This document shows positions 1-13,100 of a stretch of DNA of 64,000 bases, in pieces. Source of the DNA: the human T2T-CHM13v2.0 reference genome, Homo sapiens. Position numbers and translations under genes: made by a program. The stretch lies in assembly GCF_009914755.1 (NCBI RefSeq), contig NC_060948.1. One strand, written 5' to 3'. Every line of letters starts with the position of its first letter. Position 1 is the first letter of the stretch. The notes under the pieces are model-generated. The model did not search any database. It had not been told where the DNA came from and saw only the letters and a program-made list of their open reading frames with translations.

Positions 1-12
1 TGGAATGGAATG

Positions 13-3000
13 TATTAGAATGTAGAAACTTTAATGGAATGAACTCGAATGGATTCGACTGGAATGGAATGTTCTGGAAGTGAATGGACTCCAATGGAAT
101 GGAATCAAAATGAATGGAATCGAAGGGAATGGAATCTAATGGAATGGAATTAAATGGAAAGGAATCAAATCGAATAGCACGGAATTGAACTGAATGGAAT
201 CGAATGCAATGGAATCTAATGAAACGGAAAGGAAAGGAATGGAATGGCATGGAATGGGCTGGAATGGAATGGAATCGAAACGAATGGAATGGAATCGAAC
301 TGAAGAGACTGGAATGGAATGCACTGGCATGGAAGGGATTTTAATGGAACGTTTTTGAAAAGACTGGAATCGAATGGAATGGAATTGAATGGAACGGATA
401 TAGAGTCAAATGGAATTGAATGGAATGGAATGGAGTAGAGTGAAATGGAATCGAGTCACTAGGAATGGACAGGAATAGAACGGTCTCGAATTGAATGGAA
501 TCGTATGGAATGGAATTCAACGGAATGGAATGGACAGCCACGGAATGGAATGGACAGCCACGGAATGGAATGCACTCGAATGCAATGGACTCGAAACTAA
601 TGGACTGGAATCGAATGGACTCGACTGGTATGGACTCCAATGGAATGGAATCGAATGGAATGGAATCCAACAGAATGGACTCGAAGTGAAAAGAGTGCAA
701 TGGAAAGGTCTCGAATGGAATGGAAATTAATGGAATGGAATGGAATCGAATGAAATGGAGTCAAAAGGAATGGAATCGAATGGCAAGAAATCGAATGTAA
801 TGGAATCACAAGGAATGGATGTGAACGGAACGGAATGGAATGGAATCAAAAGGAATGGAATCGAATGGAATGGACTCGAATGGACATGACTCGAATAGAA
901 TGGAATTCAACAAAATAGAATCAAATGTAATGGAATGGAATGGAAAGGAATCGAAACGAAAGGAATGGAGACAGATGGAATGGAATGGAACAGAGAGCAA
1001 TGGTATAGAATGGAATGGAATCATATGGAATGGAATTGAATGGAATGGAATAATATGAAATGGAATGGAAAGGAATGGAATGCACTTGAATTAAATGGAC
1101 TGGAATGGAATGGACTCGAACGGAGTGGAATGGAAAGGATTGAAATAGAATGGAATGGACTCCTTTGGAATGGTCTAGTAGGCCATGCAAACGACTGTCA
1201 GGGAATCAAAAGGAATGTAATCGAATGGATTGGACTGGAATACAATGGACTCGAATACATTGGAAACGGAATGCAATGGAATGGAATGGAATAGTATGGA
1301 ATGGAACGGAAAGGAATGAAGTAGAATGGACTAGAGTGGAAAGGAATGGACTCGAAAGCAATGGACTGGAATGGAACGATCTTGAATGGACCGGAATCAA
1401 ACGGAACGGAATGCAATGCAAGGCAATCAAATGGAATGGAATAAAAGAGAATGAAAGAGAATCAAATGGAATTGAATCGAATGGAATCGAACGGATTGGA
1501 AAGGAATAGAATGGAATGGAATGGAATTGACTCAAATGGAATGGACTAGAACGGAATGGAGTCCAATGCAAGGCAAAGGAATGGAATCTATTGGAATGGA
1601 CTGTAATGGAATGGCATGGAAGGGATTGGAATGGACTCGAATGGAAAGGACTGCAATAGAAAGGATTCGAATGGAATGAAAAAGAATTGAATGGAATAGA
1701 ACAGAATGGAATCAAATCGAATGAAATGGAATGGAATAGAAAGGAATGGAATGAAATGGAATGGAAAGGATTCAAATGGAATGCAATCGAATGGAATGCA
1801 ATCGAATGGAATGGAATCGAACGGAATGGAATAAAATGGAAGGAAACTGGCAAGAAATGGAATCGAAATGAATGGAGTGTTATGGAACGGACTCCAAAGG
1901 AATTGAATGTAATAGAATGGAGTGGAGTGGACTCGAATATAATGGACTGGAATGGAATGGAATCACATGGAATGGGAACGAATGGAATGGAATGGAAAGG
2001 AATGGAATCGAATGGAAAGGAATCAAATGGAAGGGAATGAAATTGAATCAACAGGAATGGAAGGGAATAGAATAGACTGTAATGGAATGGACTCGAATAG
2101 AATGGACACGAATGCTCAAATTGGATGGAGTCGAATGGAATGGAAACGAATGGAATGTCATCGAATGGAATTGAATCGATTGGAATGAAATGGCATAGAA
2201 TGGAGTGGAATGAAATGGAATTGAATCGAAAGGAAAGGAAGCGAATGGACTGAAATGAAATGGAATGGAATTGAATGGAAAGTAATGCAATGCAATAGAA
2301 TGGAACGAAATTTCACGGAATGGAATCAAACAGAATGGAATCAAATCAATGGAATATAATCAAATGGAATGGAATGGAATGGAAAGGAATTGAATGGAAT
2401 AGATTGGATAGGAAGGGATTGGAATGCAATGGAATGGAAAGGACTCGAATTTCATGAAACGGAATGGAATGAATTGGAATGGAATGGACTCGAATGGAAT
2501 GGAATGTCATGGAATGGCATCAAATGGAATGGAATCAAATGGAATGGCATCGAATGCAATGGAATGTTATGGAATGGAATGGAATGTATTGGAATGGAAT
2601 GTCCTCTAATGGAATGGATTCGAGTGGAATGGAATCGAATATAATGGAGTCGAATGAAATGGAATTGAAAGGAATGGGATCGAATAGAATGGAATATACT
2701 GGAATGTAATGTAATGAAGTCGAATGTAATTGACTGGAATGGAATGTACATGAATGGAATGTAATCGAATGGAAAGTAATCCAATGAAATAGAATCTAAT
2801 GCAATAAAACCGACTCAAATGGAACAGAATGTAATGGAATGGAGTGCAGTGCAATGGAATGGAATGGAATGGAATGCAATGGAGTGGAATGGAATGGAAT
2901 GGGATGGAATGGTATGGAATGGATAGTAAAGGACTGGAGTGAAATGGACTGTAAAGGAATGGACTCCAATTGAAAGGGCTCGAAAGGAATGGAGTCAAAT

Positions 3001-6000
3001 GGAATGGTCTGGAATGGAATGAACTCGAATGTAATGCAATCCAATAGAATGGAATCGAATGGAATGGAATATAAAGAAATGGAATCGACGAGAATGGAAA
3101 CAGATGGAATGGAATTGAAAGGAATGGAATTGAATGGAATGGGCACGAATGGAATGAAATTGTATGGAATAGAAGAGAATAGAATGGAATGCAATGGATA
3201 AGAAAGGAATGGATTGGAATGGAAGGGAATGTAGTGTAATGGACTGGCATGGAATAAACTGGAATGCTACGGTCTCAAATGGAATAAAAATGTATGGAAT
3301 GGAATGCCATGAAACGGAATCGAATGTCATAGAATGTAATGGAATGTAAAGAAATGGACTCCAAAATCATTGACTGGAAAGGCTGGGTGTCGAAAGGAAT
3401 TGACTCCAATAGAATGGAATCGAATGGAATGGAAGTGAATAGAATCGAACTAAATCGAATGGAATGGAATTGACAGGAACGGAATGGAAAGGAATGGAAT
3501 GATTTGGCATGAAATGGAATCGAATGGACTCGAATGGAATTGAATGGAATGCAATGGAATGGAATGTATTAGAATGTAGAAACTTTAATGGAATGAACTC
3601 GAATGGATTCGACTGGAATGGAATGTTCTGGAAGTGAATGGACTCCAATGGAATGGAATCAAAATGAATGGAATCGAAGGGAATGGAATCTAATGGAATG
3701 GAATTAAATGGAAAGGAATCAAATCGAATAGCACGGAATTGAACTGAATGGAATCGAATGCAATGGAATCTAATGAAACGGAAAGGAAAGGAATGGAATG
3801 GCATGGAATGGGCTGGAATGGAATGGAATCGAAACGAATGGAATGGAATCGAACTGAAGAGACTGGAATGGAATGCACTGGCATGGAAGGGATTTTAATG
3901 GAACGTTTTTGAAAAGACTGGAATCGAATGGAATGGAATTGAATGGAACGGATATAGAGTCAAATGGAATTGAATGGAATGGAATGGAGTAGAGTGAAAT
4001 GGAATCGAGTCACTAGGAATGGACAGGAATAGAACGGTCTCGAATTGAATGGAATCGTATGGAATGGAATTCAACGGAATGGAATGGACAGCCACGGAAT
4101 GGAATGGACAGCCACGGAATGGAATGCACTCGAATGCAATGGACTCGAAACTAATGGACTGGAATCGAATGGACTCGACTGGTATGGACTCCAATGGAAT
4201 GGAATCGAATGGAATGGAATCCAACAGAATGGACTCGAAGTGAAAAGAGTGCAATGGAAAGGTCTCGAATGGAATGGAAATTAATGGAATGGAATGGAAT
4301 CGAATGAAATGGAGTCAAAAGGAATGGAATCGAATGGCAAGAAATCGAATGTAATGGAATCACAAGGAATGGATGTGAACGGAACGGAATGGAATGGAAT
4401 CAAAAGGAATGGAATCGAATGGAATGGACTCGAATGGACATGACTCGAATAGAATGGAATTCAACAAAATAGAATCAAATGTAATGGAATGGAATGGAAA
4501 GGAATCGAAACGAAAGGAATGGAGACAGATGGAATGGAATGGAACAGAGAGCAATGGTATAGAATGGAATGGAATCATATGGAATGGAATTGAATGGAAT
4601 GGAATAATATGAAATGGAATGGAAAGGAATGGAATGCACTTGAATTAAATGGACTGGAATGGAATGGACTCGAACGGAGTGGAATGGAAAGGATTGAAAT
4701 AGAATGGAATGGACTCCTTTGGAATGGTCTAGTAGGCCATGCAAACGACTGTCAGGGAATCAAAAGGAATGTAATCGAATGGATTGGACTGGAATACAAT
4801 GGACTCGAATACATTGGAAACGGAATGCAATGGAATGGAATGGAATAGTATGGAATGGAACGGAAAGGAATGAAGTAGAATGGACTAGAGTGGAAAGGAA
4901 TGGACTCGAAAGCAATGGACTGGAATGGAACGATCTTGAATGGACCGGAATCAAACGGAACGGAATGCAATGCAAGGCAATCAAATGGAATGGAATAAAA
5001 GAGAATGAAAGAGAATCAAATGCAATTGAATCGAATGGAATCGAATGGATTGGAAAGGAATAGAATGGAATGGAATGGAATTGACTCAAATGGAATGGAC
5101 TAGAACGGAATGGAGTCGAAAGGAAGGCAAAGGAATGGAATCTATTGGAATGGACTGTAATGGAATGGCATGGAAGGGATTGGAATGGACTCGAATGGAA
5201 AGGACTGCAATAGAAAGGATTCGAATGGAATGAAAAAGAATTGAATGGAATAGAACAGAATGGAATCAAATCGAATGAAATGGAATGGAATAGAAAGGAA
5301 TGGAATGAAATGGAATGGAAAGGATTCAAATGGAATGCAATCGAATGGAATGCAATCGAATGGAATGGAATCGAACGGAATGGAATAAAATGGAAGGAAA
5401 CTGGCAAGAAATGGAATCGAAATGAATGGAGTGTTATGGAACGGACTCCAAAGCAATTGAATGTAATAGAATGGAGTGGAGTGGACTCGAATATAATGGA
5501 CTGGAATGGAATGGAATCACATGGAATGGGAACGAATGGAATGGAATGGAAAGGAATGGAATCGAATGGAAAGGAATCAAATGGAAGGGAATGAAATTGA
5601 ATCAACAGGAATGGAAGGGAATAGAATAGACTGTAATGGAATGGACTCGAATAGAATGGACACGAATGCTCAAATTGGATGGACTCGAATGGAATGGAAA
5701 CGAAAGGAATGTCATCGAATGGAATTGAATCGATTGGAATGAAATGGCATAGAATGGAGTGGAATGAAATGGAATTGAATCGAAAGGAAAGGAAGCGAAT
5801 GGACTGAAATGAAATGGAATGGAATTGAATGGAAAGTAATGCAATGGAATAGAATGGAACGAAATTTCACGGAATGGAATCAAACAGAATGGAATCAAAT
5901 CAATGGAATATAATCAAATGGAATGGAATGGAATGGAAAGGAATTGAATGGAATAGATTGGATAGGAAGGGATTGGAATGCAATGGAATGGAAAGGACTC

Positions 6001-7120
6001 GAATTTCATGAAACGGAATGGAATGAATTGGAATGGAATGGACTCGAATGGAATGGAATGTCATGGAATGGCATCAAATGGAATGGAATCAAATGGAATG
6101 GCATCGAATGCAATGGAATGTTATGGAATGGAATGGAATGTATTGGAATGGAATGTCCTCTAATGGAATGGATTCGAGTGGAATGGAATCGAATATAATG
6201 GAGTCGAATGAAATGGAATTGAAAGGAATGGGATCGAATAGAATGGAATATACTGGAATGTAATGTAATGAAGTCGAATGTAATTGACTGGAATGGAATG
6301 TACATGAATGGAATGTAATCGAATGGAAAGTAATCCAATGAAATAGAATCTAATGCAATAAAACCGACTCAAATGGAATAGAATGTAATGGAATGGAGTG
6401 CAGTGCAATGGAATGGAATGGAATGGAATGCAATGGAGTGGAATGGAATGGAATGGGATGGAATGGTATGGAATGGATAGTAAAGGACTGGAGTGAAATG
6501 GACTGTAAAGGAATGGACTCCAATTGAAAGGGCTCGAAAGGAATGGAGTCAAATGGAATGGTCTGGAATGGAATGAACTCGAATGTAATGCAATCCAATA
6601 GAATGGAATCGAATGGAATGGAATATAAAGAAATGGAATCGACGAGAATGGAAACAGATGGAATGGAATTGAAAGGAATGGAATTGAATGGAATGGGCAC
6701 GAATGGAATGAAATTGTATGGAATAGAAGAGAATAGAATGGAATGCAATGGATAAGAAAGGAATGGATTGGAATGGAAGGGAATGTAGTGTAATGGACTG
6801 GCATGGAATAAACTGGAATGCTACGGTCTCAAATGGAATAAAAATGTATGGAATGGAATGCCATGAAACGGAATCGAATGTCATAGAATGTAATGGAATG
6901 CAAAGAAATGGACTCCAAAATCATTGACTGGAAAGGCTGGGTGTCGAAAGGAATTGACTCCAATGGAATGGAATCGAATGGAATGGAAGTGAATAGAATC
7001 GAACTAAATCGAATGGAATGGAATTGATAGGAACGGAATGGAAAGGAATGGAATGATTTGGCATGGAATGGAATCGAATGGACTCGAATGGAATGGAATG
7101 GAATGCAATGGAATGGAATG
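13..7120 (+). repeat. Two type A units (U1 13-3566, U2 3567-7120), 3554 bp each
   Basis: Anchor spacing 13>3567>7121. Diagnostic marks: GTAGAAACTTT (1-bp shorter), a tandem 20-mer CGGAATGGAATGGACAGCCA x2 at 521-560, GGCC at 1181 and 4735, ACGTTTTTGAAA at ~349. The 3' end of U2 already carries B-type alleles. Confidence 0.9.
66..80. promoter_or_regulatory. Perfect heat-shock element motif HSE1, gGAAtgTTCtgGAAg, present in all 19 units
   Basis: Matches the nGAAnnTTCnnGAAn consensus exactly. The same 15-mer is seen at the equivalent offset in every unit (for example 7175-7189). Motif match only; binding is not shown. Confidence 0.55.
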
Positions 7121-10100
7121 TATTAGAATGTAGTGAACTTTAATGGAATGAACTCGAATGGATTCGACTGGAATGGAATGTTCTGGAAGTGAATGGACTG
7201 CAATGGAATGGATTCAAAAGGAATGGAATCGAAGGGAATGGAATCTAATGGAATGGAATTAAATGGAAAGGAATCAAATCGAATAGCAGGGAATTGAACT
7301 GAATGGAATCGAATGCAATGGAATCTAATGAAACGGAAAGGAAAGGAATGGAATGGCATGGAATGGGCTGGAATGGAATGGAATCGAAACGAATGGAATG
7401 GAATCGAACTGAAGAGACTGGAATGAAATGCACTGGCATGGAAGGGATTTTAATGGAACGTTCTTGAAAAGACTGGAATCGAATGGAATGGAATTGAATG
7501 GAACGGATATAGAGTCAAATGGAATTGAATGGAATGGAATGGAGTAGAGTGAAATGGAATCGAGTCACTAGGAATGGACAGGAATAGAACGGTCTCGAAT
7601 TGAATGGAATCGTATGGAATGGAATTCAACGGAATGGAATGGACAGCCACGGAATGGAATGCACTCGAATGCAATGGACTCGAAACTAATGGACTGGAAT
7701 CGAATGGAATGGAATCGAACGGAATGGACTCGAAGTGAAAAGAGTGCAATGGAAAGGTCTCGAATGGAATGGAAATTAATGGAATGGAATGGAATCGAAT
7801 GAAATGGAGTCAAAAGGAATGGAATCGAATGGCAAGAAATCGAATGTAATGGAATCACAAGGAATGGATGTGAACGGAACGGAATGGAATGGAATCAAAA
7901 GGAATGGAATCGAATGGAATGGACTCGAATGGAAATGACTCGAATAGAATGGAATTCAACAAAATAGAATCAAATGTAATGGAATGGAATGGAAAGGAAT
8001 CGAAACGAAAGGAATGGAGACAGATGGAATGGAATGGAACAGAGAGCAATGGTATAGAATGGAATGGAATCATATGGAATGGAATTGAATGGAATGGAAT
8101 AATATGAAATGGAATGGAAAGGAATGGAATGCACTTGAATTAAATGGACTGGAATGGAATGGACTCGAACGGAGTGGAATGGAAAGGATTGAAATAGAAT
8201 GGAATGGACTCCTTTGGAATGGTCTAGTATGCAATGCAAACGACTGGCAGGGAATCAAAAGGAATGTAATCGAATGGATTGGACTGGAATACAATGGACT
8301 CGAATACATTGGAAACGGAATGCAATGGAATGGAATGGAATAGTATGGAATGGAACGGAAAGGAATGAAGTAGAATGGACTAGAGTGGAATGGAATGGAC
8401 TCGAAAGCAATGGACTGGAATGGAACGATCTTGAATGGACCGGAATCAAACGGAACGGAATGCAATGCAAGGCAATCAAATGGAATGGAATAAAAGAGAA
8501 TGAAAGAGAATCAAATGCAATTGAATCGAATGGAATCGAATGGATTGGAAAGGAATAGAATGGAATGGAATGGAATTGACTCCAATGGAATGGACTAGAA
8601 CGGAATGGAGTCGAATGGAAGGCAAAGGAATGGAATCTATTGGAATGGACTGTAATGGAATGGCATGGAAGGGATTGGAATGGACTCGAATGGAAAGGAC
8701 TGCAATAGAAAGGATTCTAATGGAATGAAAAAGAATTGAATGGAATAGAACAGAATGGAATCAAATCGAATGAAATGGAATGGAATAGAAAGGAATGGAA
8801 TGAAATGGAATGGAAAGGATTCAAATGGAATGCGATCAAATGGAATGCAATCGAATGGAATGGAATCGAACGGAATGGAATAAAATGGAAGGAAACTGGC
8901 AAGAAATGGAATCGAAATGAATGGAGGGTTATGGAACGGACTCCAAAGGAATTGAATGTAATAGAATGGAGTGGAGTGGACTCGAATATAATGGACTGGA
9001 ATGGAATGGAATCACATGGAATGGGAACGAATGGAATGGAATGGAAAGGAATGGAATCGAATGGAAAGGAATCAAATGGAAGGGAATGAAATTGAATCAA
9101 CAGGAATGGAAGGGAATAGAATAGACTGTAATGGAATGGACTCGAATAGAATGGACACGAATGCTCAAATTGGATGGACTCGAATGGAATGGAAACGAAA
9201 GGAATGTCATCGAATGGAATTGAATCGATTGGAATGAAATGGCATAGAATGGAGTGGAATCAAATGGAATTGAATCGAAAGGAAAGGAAGCGAATGGACT
9301 GAAATGAAATGGAATGGAATTGAATGGAAAGTAATGCAATGGAATAGAATGGAACGAAATTTCACGGAATGGAATCAAACAGAATGGAATCAAATCAATG
9401 GAATATAATCAAATGGAATGGAATGGAATGGAAAGGAATTGAATGGAATAGATTGGATAGGAAGGGATTGGAATGCAATGGAATGGAAAGGACTCGAATT
9501 TCATGAAACGGAATGGAATGAATTGGAATGGAATGGACTCGAATGGAATGGAATGTCATGGAATGGCATCAAATGGAATGGAATCAAATGGAATGGCATC
9601 GAATGCAATGGAATGTTATGGAATGGAATGGAATGTATTGGAATGGAATGTCCTCTAATGGAATGGATTCGAGTGGAATGGAATCGAATATAATGGAGTC
9701 GAATGAAATGGAATTGAAAGGAATGGGATCGAATAGAATGGAATATACTGGAATGTAATGTAATGAAGTCGAATGTAATTGACTGGAATGGAATGTACAT
9801 GAATGGAATGTAATCGAATGGAAAGTAATCCAATGAAATAGAATCTAATGCAATAAAACCGACTCAAATGGAATAGAATGTAATGGAATGGAGTGCAGTG
9901 CAATGGAATGGAATGGAATGGAATGCAATGGAGTGGAATGGAATGGAATGGGATGGAATGGTATGGAATGGATAGTAAAGGACTGGAGTGAAATGGACTG
10001 TAAAGGAATGGACTCCAATTGAAAGGGCTCGAAAGGAATGGAGTCAAATGGAATGGTCTGGAATGGAATGAACTCGAATGTAATGCAATCCAATAGAATG

Positions 10101-13100
10101 GAATCGAATGGAATGGAATATAAAGAAATGGAATCGACGAGAATGGAAACAGATGGAATGGAATTGAAAGGAATGGAATTGAATGGAATGGGCACGAATG
10201 GAATGAAATTGTATGGAATAGAAGAGAATAGAATGGAATGCAATGGATAAGAAAGGAATGCATTGGAATGGAAGGGAATGTAGTGTAATGGACTGGCATG
10301 GAATAAACTGGAATGCTACGGTCTCAAATGGAATAAAAATGTATGGAATGGAATGCCATGAAACGGAATCGAATGTCATAGAATGTAATGGAATGCAAAT
10401 AAATGGACTCCAAAATCATTGACTGGAAAGGCTGGGTGTCGAAAGGAACTGACTCCAATGGAATGGAATCGAATGGAATGGAAGTGAATAGAATCGAACT
10501 AAATCGAATGGAATGGAATTGATAGGAACGGAATGGAAAGGAATGGAATGATTTGGCATGGAATGGAATCGAATGGACTCGAATGGAATGGAATGGAATG
10601 CAATGGAATGGAATGTATTAGAATGTAGTGAACTTTAATGGAATGAACTCGAATGGATTCGACTGGAATGGAATGTTCTGGAAGTGAATGGACTGCAATG
10701 GAATGGATTCAAAAGGAATGGAATCGAAGGGAATGGAATCTAATGGAATGGAATTAAATGGAAAGGAATCAAATCGAATAGCAGGGAATTGAACTGAATG
10801 GAATCGAATGCAATGGAATCTAATGAAACGGAAAGGAAAGGAATGGAATGGCATGGAATGGGCTGGAATGGAATGGAATCGAAACGAATGGAATGGAATC
10901 GAACTGAAGAGACTGGAATGAAATGCACTGGCATGGAAGGGATTTTAATGGAACGTTCTTGAAAAGACTGGAATCGAATGGAATGGAATTGAATGGAACG
11001 GATATAGAGTCAAATGGAATTGAATGGAATGGAATGGAGTAGAGTGAAATGGAATCGAGTCACTAGGAATGGACAGGAATAGAACGGTCTCGAATTGAAT
11101 GGAATCGTATGGAATGGAATTCAACGGAATGGAATGGACAGCCACGGAATGGAATGCACTCGAATGCAATGGACTCGAAACTAATGGACTGGAATCGAAT
11201 GGAATGGAATCGAACGGAATGGACTCGAAGTGAAAAGAGTGCAATGGAAAGGTCTCGAATGGAATGGAAATTAATGGAATGGAATGGAATCGAATGAAAT
11301 GGAGTCAAAAGGAATGGAATCGAATGGCAAGAAATCGAATGTAATGGAATCACAAGGAATGGATGTGAACGGAACGGAATGGAATGGAATCAAAAGGAAT
11401 GGAATCGAATGGAATGGACTCGAATGGAAATGACTCGAATAGAATGGAATTCAACAAAATAGAATCAAATGTAATGGAATGGAATGGAAAGGAATCGAAA
11501 CGAAAGGAATGGAGACAGATGGAATGGAATGGAACAGAGAGCAATGGTATAGAATGGAATGGAATCATATGGAATGGAATTGAATGGAATGGAATAATAT
11601 GAAATGGAATGGAAAGGAATGGAATGCACTTGAATTAAATGGACTGGAATGGAATGGACTCGAACGGAGTGGAATGGAAAGGATTGAAATAGAATGGAAT
11701 GGACTCCTTTGGAATGGTCTAGTATGCAATGCAAACGACTGGCAGGGAATCAAAAGGAATGTAATCGAATGGATTGGACTGGAATACAATGGACTCGAAT
11801 ACATTGGAAACGGAATGCAATGGAATGGAATGGAATAGTATGGAATGGAACGGAAAGGAATGAAGTAGAATGGACTAGAGTGGAATGGAATGGACTCGAA
11901 AGCAATGGACTGGAATGGAACGATCTTGAATGGACCGGAATCAAACGGAACGGAATGCAATGCAAGGCAATCAAATGGAATGGAATAAAAGAGAATGAAA
12001 GAGAATCAAATGCAATTGAATCGAATGGAATCGAATGGATTGGAAAGGAATAGAATGGAATGGAATGGAATTGACTCCAATGGAATGGACTAGAACGGAA
12101 TGGAGTCGAATGGAAGGCAAAGGAATGGAATCTATTGGAATGGACTGTAATGGAATGGCATGGAAGGGATTGGAATGGACTCGAATGGAAAGGACTGCAA
12201 TAGAAAGGATTCTAATGGAATGAAAAAGAATTGAATGGAATAGAACAGAATGGAATCAAATCGAATGAAATGGAATGGAATAGAAAGGAATGGAATGAAA
12301 TGGAATGGAAAGGATTCAAATGGAATGCGATCAAATGGAATGCAATCGAATGGAATGGAATCGAACGGAATGGAATAAAATGGAAGGAAACTGGCAAGAA
12401 ATGGAATCGAAATGAATGGAGGGTTATGGAACGGACTCCAAAGGAATTGAATGTAATAGAATGGAGTGGAGTGGACTCGAATATAATGGACTGGAATGGA
12501 ATGGAATCACATGGAATGGGAACGAATGGAATGGAATGGAAAGGAATGGAATCGAATGGAAAGGAATCAAATGGAAGGGAATGAAATTGAATCAACAGGA
12601 ATGGAAGGGAATAGAATAGACTGTAATGGAATGGACTCGAATAGAATGGACACGAATGCTCAAATTGGATGGACTCGAATGGAATGGAAACGAAAGGAAT
12701 GTCATCGAATGGAATTGAATCGATTGGAATGAAATGGCATAGAATGGAGTGGAATCAAATGGAATTGAATCGAAAGGAAAGGAAGCGAATGGACTGAAAT
12801 GAAATGGAATGGAATTGAATGGAAAGTAATGCAATGGAATAGAATGGAACGAAATTTCACGGAATGGAATCAAACAGAATGGAATCAAATCAATGGAATA
12901 TAATCAAATGGAATGGAATGGAATGGAAAGGAATTGAATGGAATAGATTGGATAGGAAGGGATTGGAATGCAATGGAATGGAAAGGACTCGAATTTCATG
13001 AAACGGAATGGAATGAATTGGAATGGAATGGACTCGAATGGAATGGAATGTCATGGAATGGCATCAAATGGAATGGAATCAAATGGAATGGCATCGAATG

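Noticed and set aside
2336-2352. GAATCAAATCAATGG as a possible DUX4-like site
   Set aside because: It matches the TAAYYYAATCA-type consensus only imperfectly and arises easily from pentamer drift.
7121-10615. B unit length is an exact multiple of 5 (699 pentamers), so internal register shifts cancel
   Set aside because: This has a one-in-five chance by itself, and the other unit types (3554, 3503, 3507, 3494 bp) do not obey it.
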